Assembly (NCBI RefSeq): GCF_006345805.1
Contig: NC_043003.1
Location: 30,938,001 to 31,002,000, forward strand
Direction of reading: 5' to 3'
Source: Octopus sinensis
Lineage: Eukaryota
Length of the DNA stretch: 64,000 nucleotides
Positions 51,470-62,886 of this stretch are shown here, one piece after another. Positions within the stretch are counted from its first letter, which is position 1; each line of letters starts with the position of its first letter. A program made the position numbers and the translations under genes. The notes below the pieces were generated by a model. That model did no database searches, was not told the DNA's origin, and worked only from the letters and a program-made list of their open reading frames with translations.

Positions 51470-53674
51470 GTTACTTGAAGCCTTTGACGAAGTGGAAGGG
51501 GGTATAGCTACACATGGGGTAGAAGACAACTGGACGTTTCTGAGGGACAACCTGCTGAAAGCCGCTGACCAGATCTGTGGCTGGTGCAAAGTCCCCTTAA
51601 GACCCAAAATAACGTGGTGGTGGAACAATATTGTTGACAGGGCTATTAGACAAAAGAAACAGGCTTGGAAGGCCTGGAAGAACGGTGGTAGCAGGGAAGG
51701 GTATCAGACTGCCAGAAGGGAAGCTAGGAGACAGGTCTATCTAGCCAGAGGGGAAGCAGATAAGAGAAAATTTGCCAATGTCCTGCGCCGTGAGGATGAA
51801 AGACTTGAGGTATTTCGTGTTGCAAGACAGTGTGTGAGAGAGAATCGTGATGTGGTAGGAGAGAAATGTGTTCGCATGGAGGATGGTTCACTTGCGCTAA
51901 ATGAGGATGCAAAGAGAGAAGCTTGGAGACGCCACTATGAAAGGTTACTGAATGAGGAAAATGAATGGGATAAAGAGAGTCTGCCGAATGTTGACCCTAC
52001 AGAGGGACCAGCTATCCGAGTTGATAGTTCCGTGGTAGCTAAGGCAATTAGAAGCATGAAGACAGGGAAAGCCCCAGGCCCATCAGGAATTACTGCAGAG
52101 ATGCTCAAAATATCTGGCAGTGTCGGCTATAACCTAGTCACCCGTATAGTCAACCAGGTGATACACGAAGGAGTCATACCCAATGACTGGTGCAGCAGCA
52201 TACTAGTCAACTGCTACAAAGGTAAAGGTGATGCCCTAGATACAAATAATTACAGAGGTATCAAGCTGTTGGATCAAGTAATGAAGGTTACGGAGAGGGT
52301 CATAGCCCAACTAATTAGAGAGAGAGTTAGTTTAGATGAGATGCAGTTTGGGTTCGTGCCAGGGAAAAGTACCACTGATGCTATATTCCTGGTAAGGCAG
52401 CTGCAGGAGAAATACCTAGCCAAAGATAAGCCCCTGTACCTGGCTTTCGTTGACATGGAGAAAGCTTTTGATAGGGTCCCCCGATCCCTTATCTGGTGGT
52501 CAATGAGGAAACTAGGAATAGATGAATGGCTGGTGAGGACTGTGCAAGCCATGTACAGAGATGCCGTAAGTAAGGTTAGGGTTGGCAACATGTACACAGA
52601 AGAATTCAAAGTAGAGGTTGGGGTCCACCAGGGTTCAGTACTCAGCCCCCTCCTATTTATCATAGTACTCCAGGCAATTACGGAGGAATTCAAGACAGGC
52701 TGTCCCTGGGAGCTCCTCTACGCTGACGACCTTGCTCTTATTGCTGAGTCACTATCAGAACTGGAGGAGAAGTTCCAGGTGTGGAAGGAGGGTTTAGAAT
52801 CAAGGGGCCTTAGAGTCAACCTAGCTAAAACCAAAGTACTAATAAGTAGAAAGGTAGACAATCCACAAATATCTTCAGGAAGATGGCCCTGCTCGATCTG
52901 TAGAAAAGGTGTAGGTAGAAACTCTATAAGATGTACCCAGTGTAAGCTATGGACACATAAGAGGTGCAGCAATGTCAAAGGTAGGCTAACTGGGAAGATA
53001 GTTTTTGTATGTGGCAGATGCTCGGGAGCATTAACCTCCGAAAATCTGCAGAAAACAACTTCCGTCACTTTCCAGGGGGAAAAACTAGAAGTAGTTGATA
53101 GCTTCCGTTATCTAGGTGACCAAGTCAGTAGTGGGGGTGGGTGCGCTGAAAGTGTAACTGCTAGAATAAGAATAGCCTGGGCAAAGTTTAGGGAGCTCTT
53201 ACCTCTGCTGGTGACTAAAGGCCTCTCGCTCAGAGTAAAAGGCAGACTGTATGATGCGTGTGTACGAACAGCCATGCTACATGGCAGCGAAACATGGGCC
53301 GTGACTGCTGAGGACATGCGTAAGCTCGTGAGGAATGAAGCCAGTATGCTCCGATGGATGTGTAATGTCAGTGTACATACTCGACAGAGCGTTAGCACCT
53401 TGAGAGAAATGTTGTACCTAAGAAGCATCAGTGTGGTGTGCAAGAGAGACGATTGCGCTGGTATGGTCATGTGGCGAGAATGGATGAAGATAGGTGTGTG
53501 AGAAAGTGCCAATCCCTAGCAGTTGAGGGAACCCGTGGGAGAGGTAGACCCAGGAAAACCTGGGACGAGGTGGTGAAGCACGACCTTCGAACTTTAGGCC
53601 TCACTGAGGAAATGACCAGAGACCGAGACCTTTGGAAATATTCTGTACGTGAGAAGACCAGGCAGGACAAGTGA
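51470..53674 (+). pseudogene. RTE ORF2 (reverse transcriptase plus PHD), 5'-truncated, single -1 frameshift near 53432
   Basis: ORF-track frames 51414..53501 and 53438..53674 join if one T is restored (copy A reads catcagTTgtggtg, copy C reads catcagTgtggtg). The track's N-terminal MMMIYIYIY comes from microsatellite. Confidence 0.9.
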
Positions 53675-53789
53675 GCCCAGCCCACTTATGAATGCCTTTC
53701 CTCCCTTGGATACAAAGACCGGCTGAGGCAAGCGAAGTCGATATAGAACCTCATCCGATGACAGACACCCATGCCAACCCCCCATGCTT

Positions 53790-54360
53790 GCGAAGACATG
53801 TTGGGGCAAGCGAAATCGAAATCGAAACCGAATTGAACCAGCCAGGATCCCTGGCCTGGTGGTACGTAAAAAGCACCATCCGACTCGTGGCCGTGGCACG
53901 TAAAATACTCCAATGCGACCGTACGACAGGCACCCATGCCAACCTCCTTTGCTTGTGAAGACATGTTGGGGCAAGCGAAATCGAATTGAACCAGCCAGGA
54001 TCCCTGGTCTGGTGGTACGTAAAAAGCACTATCCGACTCGTGGCCGTGGCACGTAAAATACTCCAATGCGACCGTACGACAGGCACCCTTGCCACCCCCT
54101 TTGCTTGTGAAGACATGTTGGGGCAAGCGAAATCGAAATCGAATTGAACCAGCCAGGATCCCTGGTCTGGTGGTATGTAAAAAGCACTATCCGACTCGTG
54201 GCCGTGGCACGTAAAATACTCCAATGCGACCGTACGACAGGCACCCTTGCCAACCCCCTTTGCTTGTGAAGACATGTTGGGGCAAGCGAAATCGAAATCG
54301 AATTGAACAGCCAGGATCCCTGGTCTGGTGGTACGTAAAAAGCACTATCGACTCGTGGCC
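53790..54360 (+). repeat. About 3.6 tandem copies of a 152-165 bp unit in the RTE copy C 3' UTR
   Basis: gaagacatgttggggcaagcgaaatcg starts at 53792, 53957, 54109 and 54268. Confidence 0.95.
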
Positions 54361-54719
54361 GATGCCAGCACCGCCTCGACTGGCTTCCGTGCCGGTTGGC
54401 ACATAAAATACACCAATCTGACCGTGGCCGTTGCCAGCCCCGCCTGGCACCTGTGCAGGTGGCACGTAAAAAGCACCCACTACACTCACGGAGTGGTGGC
54501 GTTAGGAAGGGCATCCAGCTGTAGAAACATTGCCAAATTAGACTGGAGCCTGGTGCAGCCTTCTGGCTTCCCAGAACCCCGGTCGAACCGTCCAACCCAT
54601 GCTAGCATGGAGAACGGACGTTAAACGACGATGATATATATATATATGGTACTGGTGCTACATGAAAAACATCCAGTACTCATTTAGTGAGAGATAGAAA
54701 CCATTAATAGCTCATATTA

Positions 54720-54812
54720 AAAACTGTGTATATTAATTTATATATATGTGTGTGTGTGTGTATATATATAATGATGATATATATATATATATATATATAT
54801 CTATATATATAT

Positions 54813-54909
<97 letters not shown>

Positions 54910-54940
54910 TATATATATATTTATACACACACACACACAT
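54720..54940. repeat. Long (TA)n tract flanked by (TG)n and (CA)n
   Basis: Directly visible. Confidence 0.95.
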
Positions 54941-56607
54941 CTGCATTGCATATTATATGTATTGAGGCTAATAATTATTTTTTCACAAGTACTTTGAAGT
55001 TAATGATGGATGTAGTATTGTGTAATAGTAGAGAAATCCCTTTGTTTAGAAAATTAGATCTTTAGTTTCCCTCGGTCCATGATTCTAGCAACAACATTTG
55101 AAATATAGTTAGGTTTTGTAAAGTAAACAGGCAACTATAGATAAATCAAAGAAAATTAAACTTTTACTACTTAACGAAGTATCATAAGGATTTATCAGTA
55201 TAATTGTAATCAAAAATATTTTGGGAGAAACTCAGCACATAAATGCTGTTCTTACATGTAGCTACCAGCAAGTACTATCTGTGATGTGCTGTGATATCAG
55301 CTCATTAACCAAGAAGTCAACGACTACTAGTATTTAACCTCTATATTTCATGATTTCCACATTCCTATCTACTTTATCAAGAAATCCAGACAAACACAAA
55401 ATATGCCAACTGACCAAAATAACTGTAATATTTATTGTTTCACTAGCTCCAAGCTCAATATTTCATTGCCAAAATATCTAAGATATTCCTAATAATCAAC
55501 TGGATCTAAAGCTGAACTTTTGATCATATATAGACACATAAGATAGAAAAAAAAAACAGAAACAACAACCAATCTTGATTAACACATTTGTATTTCTTTT
55601 TAATTGATTTGTTGAGATAGGAGGGGTAGCACTCATGATCTTTAAAGGAATGCTTCTTTCACGCTAGTGAAAGCAAATGTAGTTATGTTCAGTTTGAATT
55701 TCTGTATGTCAACATCCATAAGAAACATGTAACAAATTCTAGATCATTGTAGCAGTGGGCATAAATAATTCAGTAAAGTGTTTCTTAAGTCTAGGATAGT
55801 GAGACAATAGGATGATTTAAGATGGAGAGACATATGTGTCGTGTTGGCTTCAATGGAGATGCAATGGAGGTTAGTTCAGAAGTTGCTGCAGTAGTAGAAG
55901 TAGAAATAGGAGAGAGTTGGGAAGCAACATCACATCTATGAGTCAATGATTATGTGTTGATGAGCGAGTCTTTGTTAATCAGTTGATTAGCAATGTTTGG
56001 GATTGTGATGTAACATATTTCCACATGTAACAATGGTAGCAGTTCAGATTTGTAATGCTCCACTTTTGCTAGAAGTCAGCAACTTGTATGGCTTAATTTA
56101 TTTCCTGCTCTTGAAATAGAAGACTGCTTTTTGGGATGCAGTTTTATCATGAGATATTATGAGGTCTGACTGGTATAGCCACTTTGATGATTCTGTGTGC
56201 TGCTCATGCATAGGAGGGATGTAACAAAAAGTTTTTTATTTGCTTTACTGTGGTATGATAGATGCATGATGTAGTGTGAACTGTGAGCTCATATAAGACT
56301 AAAACATGGTATATCAAGGGAGCTATGCATATTGGATACTCTAAAAAATTCAACTGAGTAATTTCATGTGATACAGAGATGCTTAAGCAGAACTGACCAC
56401 TGCTTTTAGTCTGTTAGAATGCTTCATTCAGTTGGTAGAAATTCAGCCACTAATGTATTTCACAGGTTTAGATATTTACTAGCATCAAGTATGTTTTCTC
56501 AAAATCTTCATGACCGTAAATGACTAAATGAACTTTATACTTGAAACAAACATTTGTTGTTTTTCTTTTGATGTAGTAGCATATTAACAGAGTAGACCAA
56601 AAGTGTA

Positions 56608-56998
56608 TTCTCACTGACCACCTATTGCAATAGCTGGGATATTAACTGACATAACAAAGACATTAACTGACCAGCTCTAGTAATACTAAGGACACTGCAT
56701 GACCCAGTCAGGACACTCACTGACCAATTCTCGTCATAACAAAACCATTCACTGACAAATGCTAGCAATAGCAAAAGGACACTCAGTGGCTGATTCTAGC
56801 TATCGCAAAGACACTGGTCAACAGTAGCAATGACCAACATGTGCTTTGAGTATCTCTAGAAATTACATGGCCATTCACTGAGCCATGTTAGCAATAGCAA
56901 GGACATTTTCACTGACCAAGTCTAGTAATTGGGAGGACATTCCCTGATAATTTTAATAATGATATTCTTATGACCAATTCTAGCATTTTCACTGACCG
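56608..56998. repeat. Degenerate minisatellite, period about 33 bp
   Basis: About a dozen recurrences of (c/a)actgac(c)a...tagcaatagc...ggacatt. Confidence 0.75.
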
Positions 56999-57129
56999 GG
57001 TAGCCATATTTATCATAAATATATATATTAACCAGTATCAGCATCAAGCAGTGTTCTGGTAAAAAGCCAACTTTAGGTTAGTTAAAATATGCTTGTGACA
57101 TATTTCAACTTCTAAAGGCAAACTCATAA

Positions 57130-57263
57130 CAGTTACTGTGGAGTAAAAAATTCTCTCTTATGGTAAAAAGGTGTAGAAACACCATATCTGTCTAGTGTTG
57201 CTCACTGGTGTTTTTATGCCTTTTTACCATAAGAGAAAAGTTTTTATTTCTCTATGGTAACTG
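57130..57263. repeat. Inverted repeat (arms about 55 bp, 21-nt loop); MITE-like or RNA hairpin
   Basis: cagttac...ctcttatggtaaaaagg...aacacca / tggtgtt...cctttttaccataagag...gtaactg. Confidence 0.9.
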
Positions 57264-57326
57264 CAGTGTATTTGCCTTTAGAAGTAGAAATGCATCACAA
57301 ACATATTTTAACTAACCTAAAGTTCG

Positions 57327-58594
57327 CATCATCATCATCATTTAGCATCTGTTGTCCATGCTGGTATAGGTTGGACAGTTTGACAAGGGCTGGCTAGCTG
57401 GAAGGCTGCAGCAAACTCCAGTCTGGTTTGGCATGGTTTCTACAGCTGGATGCCCTTTCTAATACCAACCACTCCGAGAATGTAATGGGTGTTTTTACAT
57501 GCCACCAGCATGGGTGCCATTTGCACAGCACCATTCTGTCACTACTGTGATTTTACTTGGCTTGATAGGCCTTCTTCTCAAGCACGATATAAAGCCAAAG
57601 AACTCGGTCATTGCCTCCATGAGACCCAACACTCAAAAGGAGCTCAGTCACTTTGCCTCTGTGAGCCCAACGCTCGAAAGGTGCTTTTTACGTGCCGGTT
57701 TTGTGACACCAGCATCAGTCATGACTACGATTTCACTTAGCTTGACGGGTCTTCTCAAGCACAGCATATCGCTAGAGGTCTTGATCACTAGTCATTGCCT
57801 CTGTGAGGCCCAAATTTTGAAGATCATGCTTTACCACCTCATCCCATGTCTTCCTGGGTCTACCTCCTCCACAGGTTCCCCCCACCATTAGAGATTGGCA
57901 CTTCTTTACACAGCTGTCCTCATCCATATGCATCACATGACCATACCAGTGCAGTCATCTCTCTTGCACACCATATCTGATGCCTCTTATGCCCAACTTT
58001 TCTCTCTGGGTGTTACACTCTGTCAATCATGCACACTGACACTGTGCATCCAGTGAAGCATACTGGCTTCATTCTTTCAAACTTACGTATGTCCTCAGCT
58101 GTCACAGTCCATGTTTCACTGCCATATATTAAAGCTGTTCGCACACAGGCATCATACATTCTGCCTTTCACTCTTAGAGAGAGACTCTTGGGAGCTAATC
58201 TTATTCTCACAGCTACGCTCTTGGAGCATTCACCTCCACTACTAACTTGGTCACCTAGATAACAGAAGTTATCTACTACCTCTAGCTTACTACCCTGGAA
58301 ATTGATGGAGTCTATTTTCTGTACATTTTCAGTATTTACTGTACATGTGCATCTTCCACATACAAAAGCTATTTTCCTCTGTTAAGCTTCCTCTAATATT
58401 GCTGCACCCCTTATGTGTCCAAAGCTTACACCGGATACATCTTATGAAATTTCTGCCTATGTCTTTTCTACTGATAGAGCAGGGCCATCTACCTGAAGGG
58501 ATTTGTGATATGTCTGCCTTTCTACTTACTAAGACTTTGGTTTTTGCTAGGTTAACTCTAAGGCCCTTCGATTCTAGACCTTGCTTCCATACCT
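57327..58594 (-). mobile_element. 5'-truncated RTE LINE (copy D), antisense to host
   Basis: RVKGRMYDACVRTALIYGSETWTVTAEDIRK, PHD-encoding segment at about 58380-58500, 3' UTR and (CAT)n tail at 57327. Confidence 0.9.
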
Positions 58595-58640
58595 ATATAT
58601 AACTATTCTGTTTAATTACATTTGATGTAATATTTTTCAG

Positions 58641-58786
58641 CATTCCCAGATGTTGTAGAGAAAGACATCACCCTAGATTGGGAATTTATAGTTTTAGCTT
58701 GTGATGGTATATGGGATGTCCTGGAAAATGAAGATGTTGTGAAATTTATACGAGCTCGCATTGCACAAAGGATGCCGCCAGAAACA
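58641..58786 (+). CDS. ppm-2: PP2C exon (A/FPDVVEKDITLDWEFIVLACDGIWDVLENEDVVKFIRARIAQRMPPET), 146 nt, phase 1-0
   Basis: Acceptor tatttttcAG, donor GTaagt; metal-binding LACDGIWDV motif. Confidence 0.95.
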
Positions 58787-59939
58787 GTAAGTGTTTTGTG
58801 ATATATTTTATACCTGTTTTTTTTTTTTTTCATTTTTACATTAAATTGTCTTACTTCCAGATTTTTTGCCATAGTGTTTGTTAAATACTAGGAAATGGCT
58901 TTTTGTTTTGTTTGTCTGGGAATGTTTTGTTTTACCCATTTATCTTCTTAGTTCAAATCTTAGTAGTTGTATATTCAATAAGTTTAACATCAGTGTCAAA
59001 AGTAGTTAAGTGTCATATTAAATGCCTTGTGGCATTTAGTTACATTTCTTTATTAAGTGAGATCTAATTTTGGTGGAGTTGACATTGCCTTTCATACTTC
59101 CAGTGTTGATAAAATATGTAGGAATACTATATTATGTGAAGGTTGATTCAGTCAATAGTACTCTTGCTCCAAAATGTGTGGTCATGTCTAACATTAAAAA
59201 TTATTTTTACTAAGAGTTCTGTTGAGTACTGGATTGGCAGACTTATTAGTGCATTGGACAAAGTACCTTACGGTATTTGTTTCAGCATTTTACAGTCTGA
59301 GTTCAAATCCTACTGAGATGATTTTTGCTTTTCATCCTTCTGATGTTGGTAAAATAAGGAACTGGTGTAATTTTAATCAACTCCCTACCCCCACTTCTCC
59401 CAAATGTTCTGGTCTTAAAACTATATTAGAAACAATTATTACGAGTAATGTATGACCAAATTCACTCACAAGGCATTGATTGGGCCAGGGTTATAATAAA
59501 AGTCACCTGTTCAAGGTGCTGCACTGTGTGACTGAACTCGATATTATGTGGTTGCAAAGTGAGATTCTTAACCACACAGCTGTGTGTGTGTGTGTGTATA
59601 TATGTATATATTTCGAACAAAAACAAATGGATAGTTCAAAACATCATTATGTGTGTTTTAATAGCATGGTTTATTACCAAATACACAGTCTGTTACATAA
59701 TATATTAGATAACATTATATAAATTCACAATGTTACTTAACCACCCCATTTCATAAGGTGATTTTTCTGCCAAAGTTTTTGGTGAGAAACAAAGAATCTG
59801 TGAGGGAAGGGGTATTTATAAACAAACAGAATTCTATACGAATTTTCAAAGTGGGATAGAGAAATTAAACTTTGTGACAAATCAAACAATATGACTCATA
59901 CATGAATTTTCCGGGTACCTTGGACCAGTGAACAACTGT

Positions 59940-60010
59940 TTGGCTCTGTATGGTCCACCACACGGACCAGTTGAATCCTCTGGAATACTTTATTTTGGAG
60001 TAATCTGTTT
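59940..60010 (+). mobile_element. Possible Tc1/mariner-superfamily transposase trace
   Basis: Reads W...D-LNPLEYFI across a frameshift, like the WPPxSPDLNPLDY motif; very short. Confidence 0.3.
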
Positions 60011-60266
60011 AACCAAAGATATGCAGAGGTTAAGTTAACTTCTAAGTTAATTTGCCATGGTCTGTTTGAGCCCCTCTTCATTACTATATGTGTGTGTATA
60101 TAGATAAGTATGTATGTATGTATGTAAATACACACACATTTACAGACGCAACTTGGGTGCAATAATTTCATTTGCTGAAGCAGTTTTAAGTGTATTTGTG
60201 ATGTTTATTCTTTCTATATCATTACTATTTGTTGTTAACTGTGTTTTCTCTCCTTTTCTGTCTTCC

Positions 60267-60299
<33 letters not shown>

Positions 60300-60302
<3 letters not shown>

Positions 60303-62886
60303 AATACGTTTATTCATACACTGTTACGAAAATTTAACATTTTTTAGGATACTTTCAAGCCTTCGCCATAAATAACTTGATATCTTCTATCTCTCTCTCT
60401 ACAATATTTAACCGCAGGCTGCCTCAAGCCGTAATCCCATCTTTTTCCCATCTTTCAGTCATTGGCGGTCTTCTTTTTCCTCCTCTTTTCTTCATATGCT
60501 AAAACTTGAAAACGCCATTACTATTACTATTACGATTCTGCAATTTAAATTCCCAGTTCAACTACTTTCTTCTTCAATTTCAACTCCCGCTCGATGACCG
60601 CAGCAAGTTCTTAAAAAAAATTTTATCTACTATATTTTTTATTCGTTGTTAATACGTTTATTCATACACTGTTACGAAAATTTAACCTTTTTTAGGATAC
60701 TTTCAAGCCTTCGCCATAACTTGATTTATCTTCCTATCTCTCTCTCTACAATATTTAACCGCAGGCTGCCTCAAGCCGTAATCCCATCTTTTTCCCATCT
60801 TTCAGTCATTGGCGGTCTTCTTTTTCCTCCTCTTCTTCTTCATATGCTAAAACTTGAAAACCGCCATTACTATTACTATTACGATTCTGCAATTTAAATT
60901 CCCAGTTCAACTACTTTCTTCTTCAATTTCAAACCCGCTCGATGACCGCAGCAAGTTCTTAAAAAAATTTATCTTACTATATTTTTTATTCGTTGTTAAT
61001 ACGTTTATTCATACACTGTTACGAAAATTTAACCTTTTTTAGGATACTTTCAAGCCTTCGCCATAACTTGATTTATCTTCCTATCTCTCTCTCTACAATA
61101 TTAAACCGCAGGCTGCCTCAAGCCGTAATCCCATCTTTTTCCCATCTTTCAGTCATTGGCGGTCTTCTTTTTCCTCCTCTTCTTCTTCATATGCTAAAAC
61201 TTGAAAACCGCCATTACTATTACTATTACGATTCTGCAATTTAAATTCCCAGTCAAACTACTTTCTTCTTCAATTTCAACTCCCGCTCGATGACCGCAGC
61301 AAGTTCTTAAAAAAATTTATCTTATTATTTTTTATTCGTTGTTAATACGTTTATTCATACACTGTTACGAAAATTAACCTTTTTTAGGATACTTTCAAGC
61401 CTTCGCCATAACTTGATTTATCTTCCTATCTCTCTCTCTACAATATTTAACCGCAGGCTGCCTCAAGCCGTAATCCCATCTTTTTCCATCTTTCAGTCAT
61501 TGGCGGTCTTCTTTTTCTCCTCTTCTTCTTCATATGCTATAAAATTGAAAACCGCCATTACTATTACTATTACGATTCTGCAATTTAAATTCCCAGTTCA
61601 ACTACTTTCTTCTTCAATTTCAACTCCCGCTCGATGACCGCAGCAAGTTCTTAAAAAAATTTATCTTACTATATTTTTTATTCGTTGTTAATACGTTTAT
61701 TCATACACTGTTACGAAAATTTAACCTTTTTTAGGATACTTTCAAGCCTTCGCCATAACTTGATTTATCTTCCTATCTCTCTCTCTACAATATTTAACCG
61801 CAGGCTGCCTCAAGCCGTAATCCCATCTTTTTCCCATCTTTCAGTCATTGGCGGTCTTCTTTTTCCTCCTCTTCTTCTTCATATGCTAAAACTTGAAAAC
61901 CGCCATTACTATTACTATTACGATTCTGCAATTTAAATTCCCAGTTCAACTACTTTCTTCTTCAATTTCAACTCCCGCTCGATGACCGCAGCAAGTTCTT
62001 AAAAAAATTTATCTTACTATATTTTTTATTCGTTGTTAATACGTTTATTCATACACTGTTACGAAAATTTAACCTTTTTTAGGATACTTTCAAGCCTTCG
62101 CCATAACTTGATTTATCTTCTATCTCTCTCTCTACAATATTTAACCGCAGCTGCCTCAAGCGGAATCCCATCTTTTCCCATCTTTCAGTCATTGCGGTCT
62201 TCTTTTTCCTCCTCTTCTTCTCATATGCTAAAACTTGAAAACGCCATTACTATTACTATTACGATTCTGCAATTTAAATTCCCAGTTCAACTACTTTCTT
62301 CTTCAATTTCAACTCCCGCTCGATGACCGCAGCAAGTTTTAAAAAAAATTTATCTTACTATATTTTTTATTCGTTGTTAATACGTTTATTCATACATGTT
62401 ACGAAAATTTAACCTTTTTTAGGATACTTTCAAGCCTTCGCCATAACTTGATTTATCTTCCTATCTCTCTCTCTACAATATTTAACCGCAGGCTGCCTCA
62501 AGCCGTAATCCCATCTTTTTCCCATCTTTCAGTCATTGGCGGTCTTCTTTTTCCTCTCTTCTTCTTCATATGCTAAAACTTGAAAACCGCCATTACTATT
62601 ACTATTACGATTCTGCAATTTAAATTCCCAGTTCAACTACTTTCTTCTTCAATTTCAACTCCCGTCGATGACCGCAGCAAGTTCTTAAAAAAATTATCTT
62701 ACTATATTTTTTATTCGTTGTTAATACGTTTATTCATACACTGTTACGAAAATTTAACCTTTTTTAGGATACTTTCAAGCCTTCGCCATAACTTGATTTA
62801 TCTTCCTATCCTCTCTCTACAATATTTAACCGCAGGCTGCCTCAAGCCGTATAATCATCTTTTCCCATCTTTCAGTCATTGGCGGT
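60300..62886 (+). repeat. Tandem array of about 7.5 copies of a 347-bp monomer, abutting the RTE copy E 5' UTR
   Basis: gttaatacgtttattcatac starts at 60300, 60648, 60995, 61341, 61687, 62035, 62376 and 62720; units differ mostly by 1-bp indels. Confidence 0.97.

Larger units (their letters stand above)
51445..54633 (+). mobile_element. Young 5'-truncated RTE LINE (copy C) with RT, PHD finger, repeat-expanded 3' UTR and tail
   Basis: Long open frame with RT motifs QFGFVPGKSTTDAIF, AFVDMEKAFDRV, GVHQGSVLSPLLF, LLYADDL, NLAKTK, FRYLGD; ends aacggacgttaaacgacgatgat; (AT)n on both sides. Confidence 0.96.
11719..58786 (+). other. ppm-2: Partial gene span of a PP2C/PPM-family protein phosphatase (ppm-2/CG17746-like); CDS join(11719..11784,24342..24407,28993..29066,34008..34149,47970..48053,58641..58786), 5' and 3' exons outside window
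   Basis: Six GT-AG exons join in frame with compatible phases (1,1,0,1,1) to give GAKVAQYAGNNLHKRIVCSEYYSRGNIAEALRQGFLQLDTEMLKDDTMKDELAGTTALVVLLKNNKLYCGNVGDSRAVASVAGMVEVLSFDHKPSNDNETRRIVAAGGWVELNRVNGNLALSRALGDFVFKKNDKKKPEEQIVTAFPDVVEKDITLDWEFIVLACDGIWDVLENEDVVKFIRARIAQRMPPET. This has the PP2C motifs G-T-T-A, N-x-G-D-S-R, DHKP, GNLALSRALGD and LACDGIWDV. The subfamily assignment is from recognition, not a database search. Confidence 0.93.

Noticed and set aside
53790-54480. CRISPR-like array next to a reverse transcriptase
   Set aside because: Whole units are duplicated with no unique spacers, there are no cas genes, and the context is a eukaryotic LINE 3' UTR
55260-56340. Possible Penelope GIY-YIG remnant
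   Set aside because: Resemblance too weak to support by eye; would need a profile search
60300-62886. Repeated 83-aa ORFs, or a 5S/tRNA/snRNA gene array
   Set aside because: The ORFs start at non-ATG codons and are broken by indels between units; no recognisable structural RNA or Pol III box arrangement in the monomer
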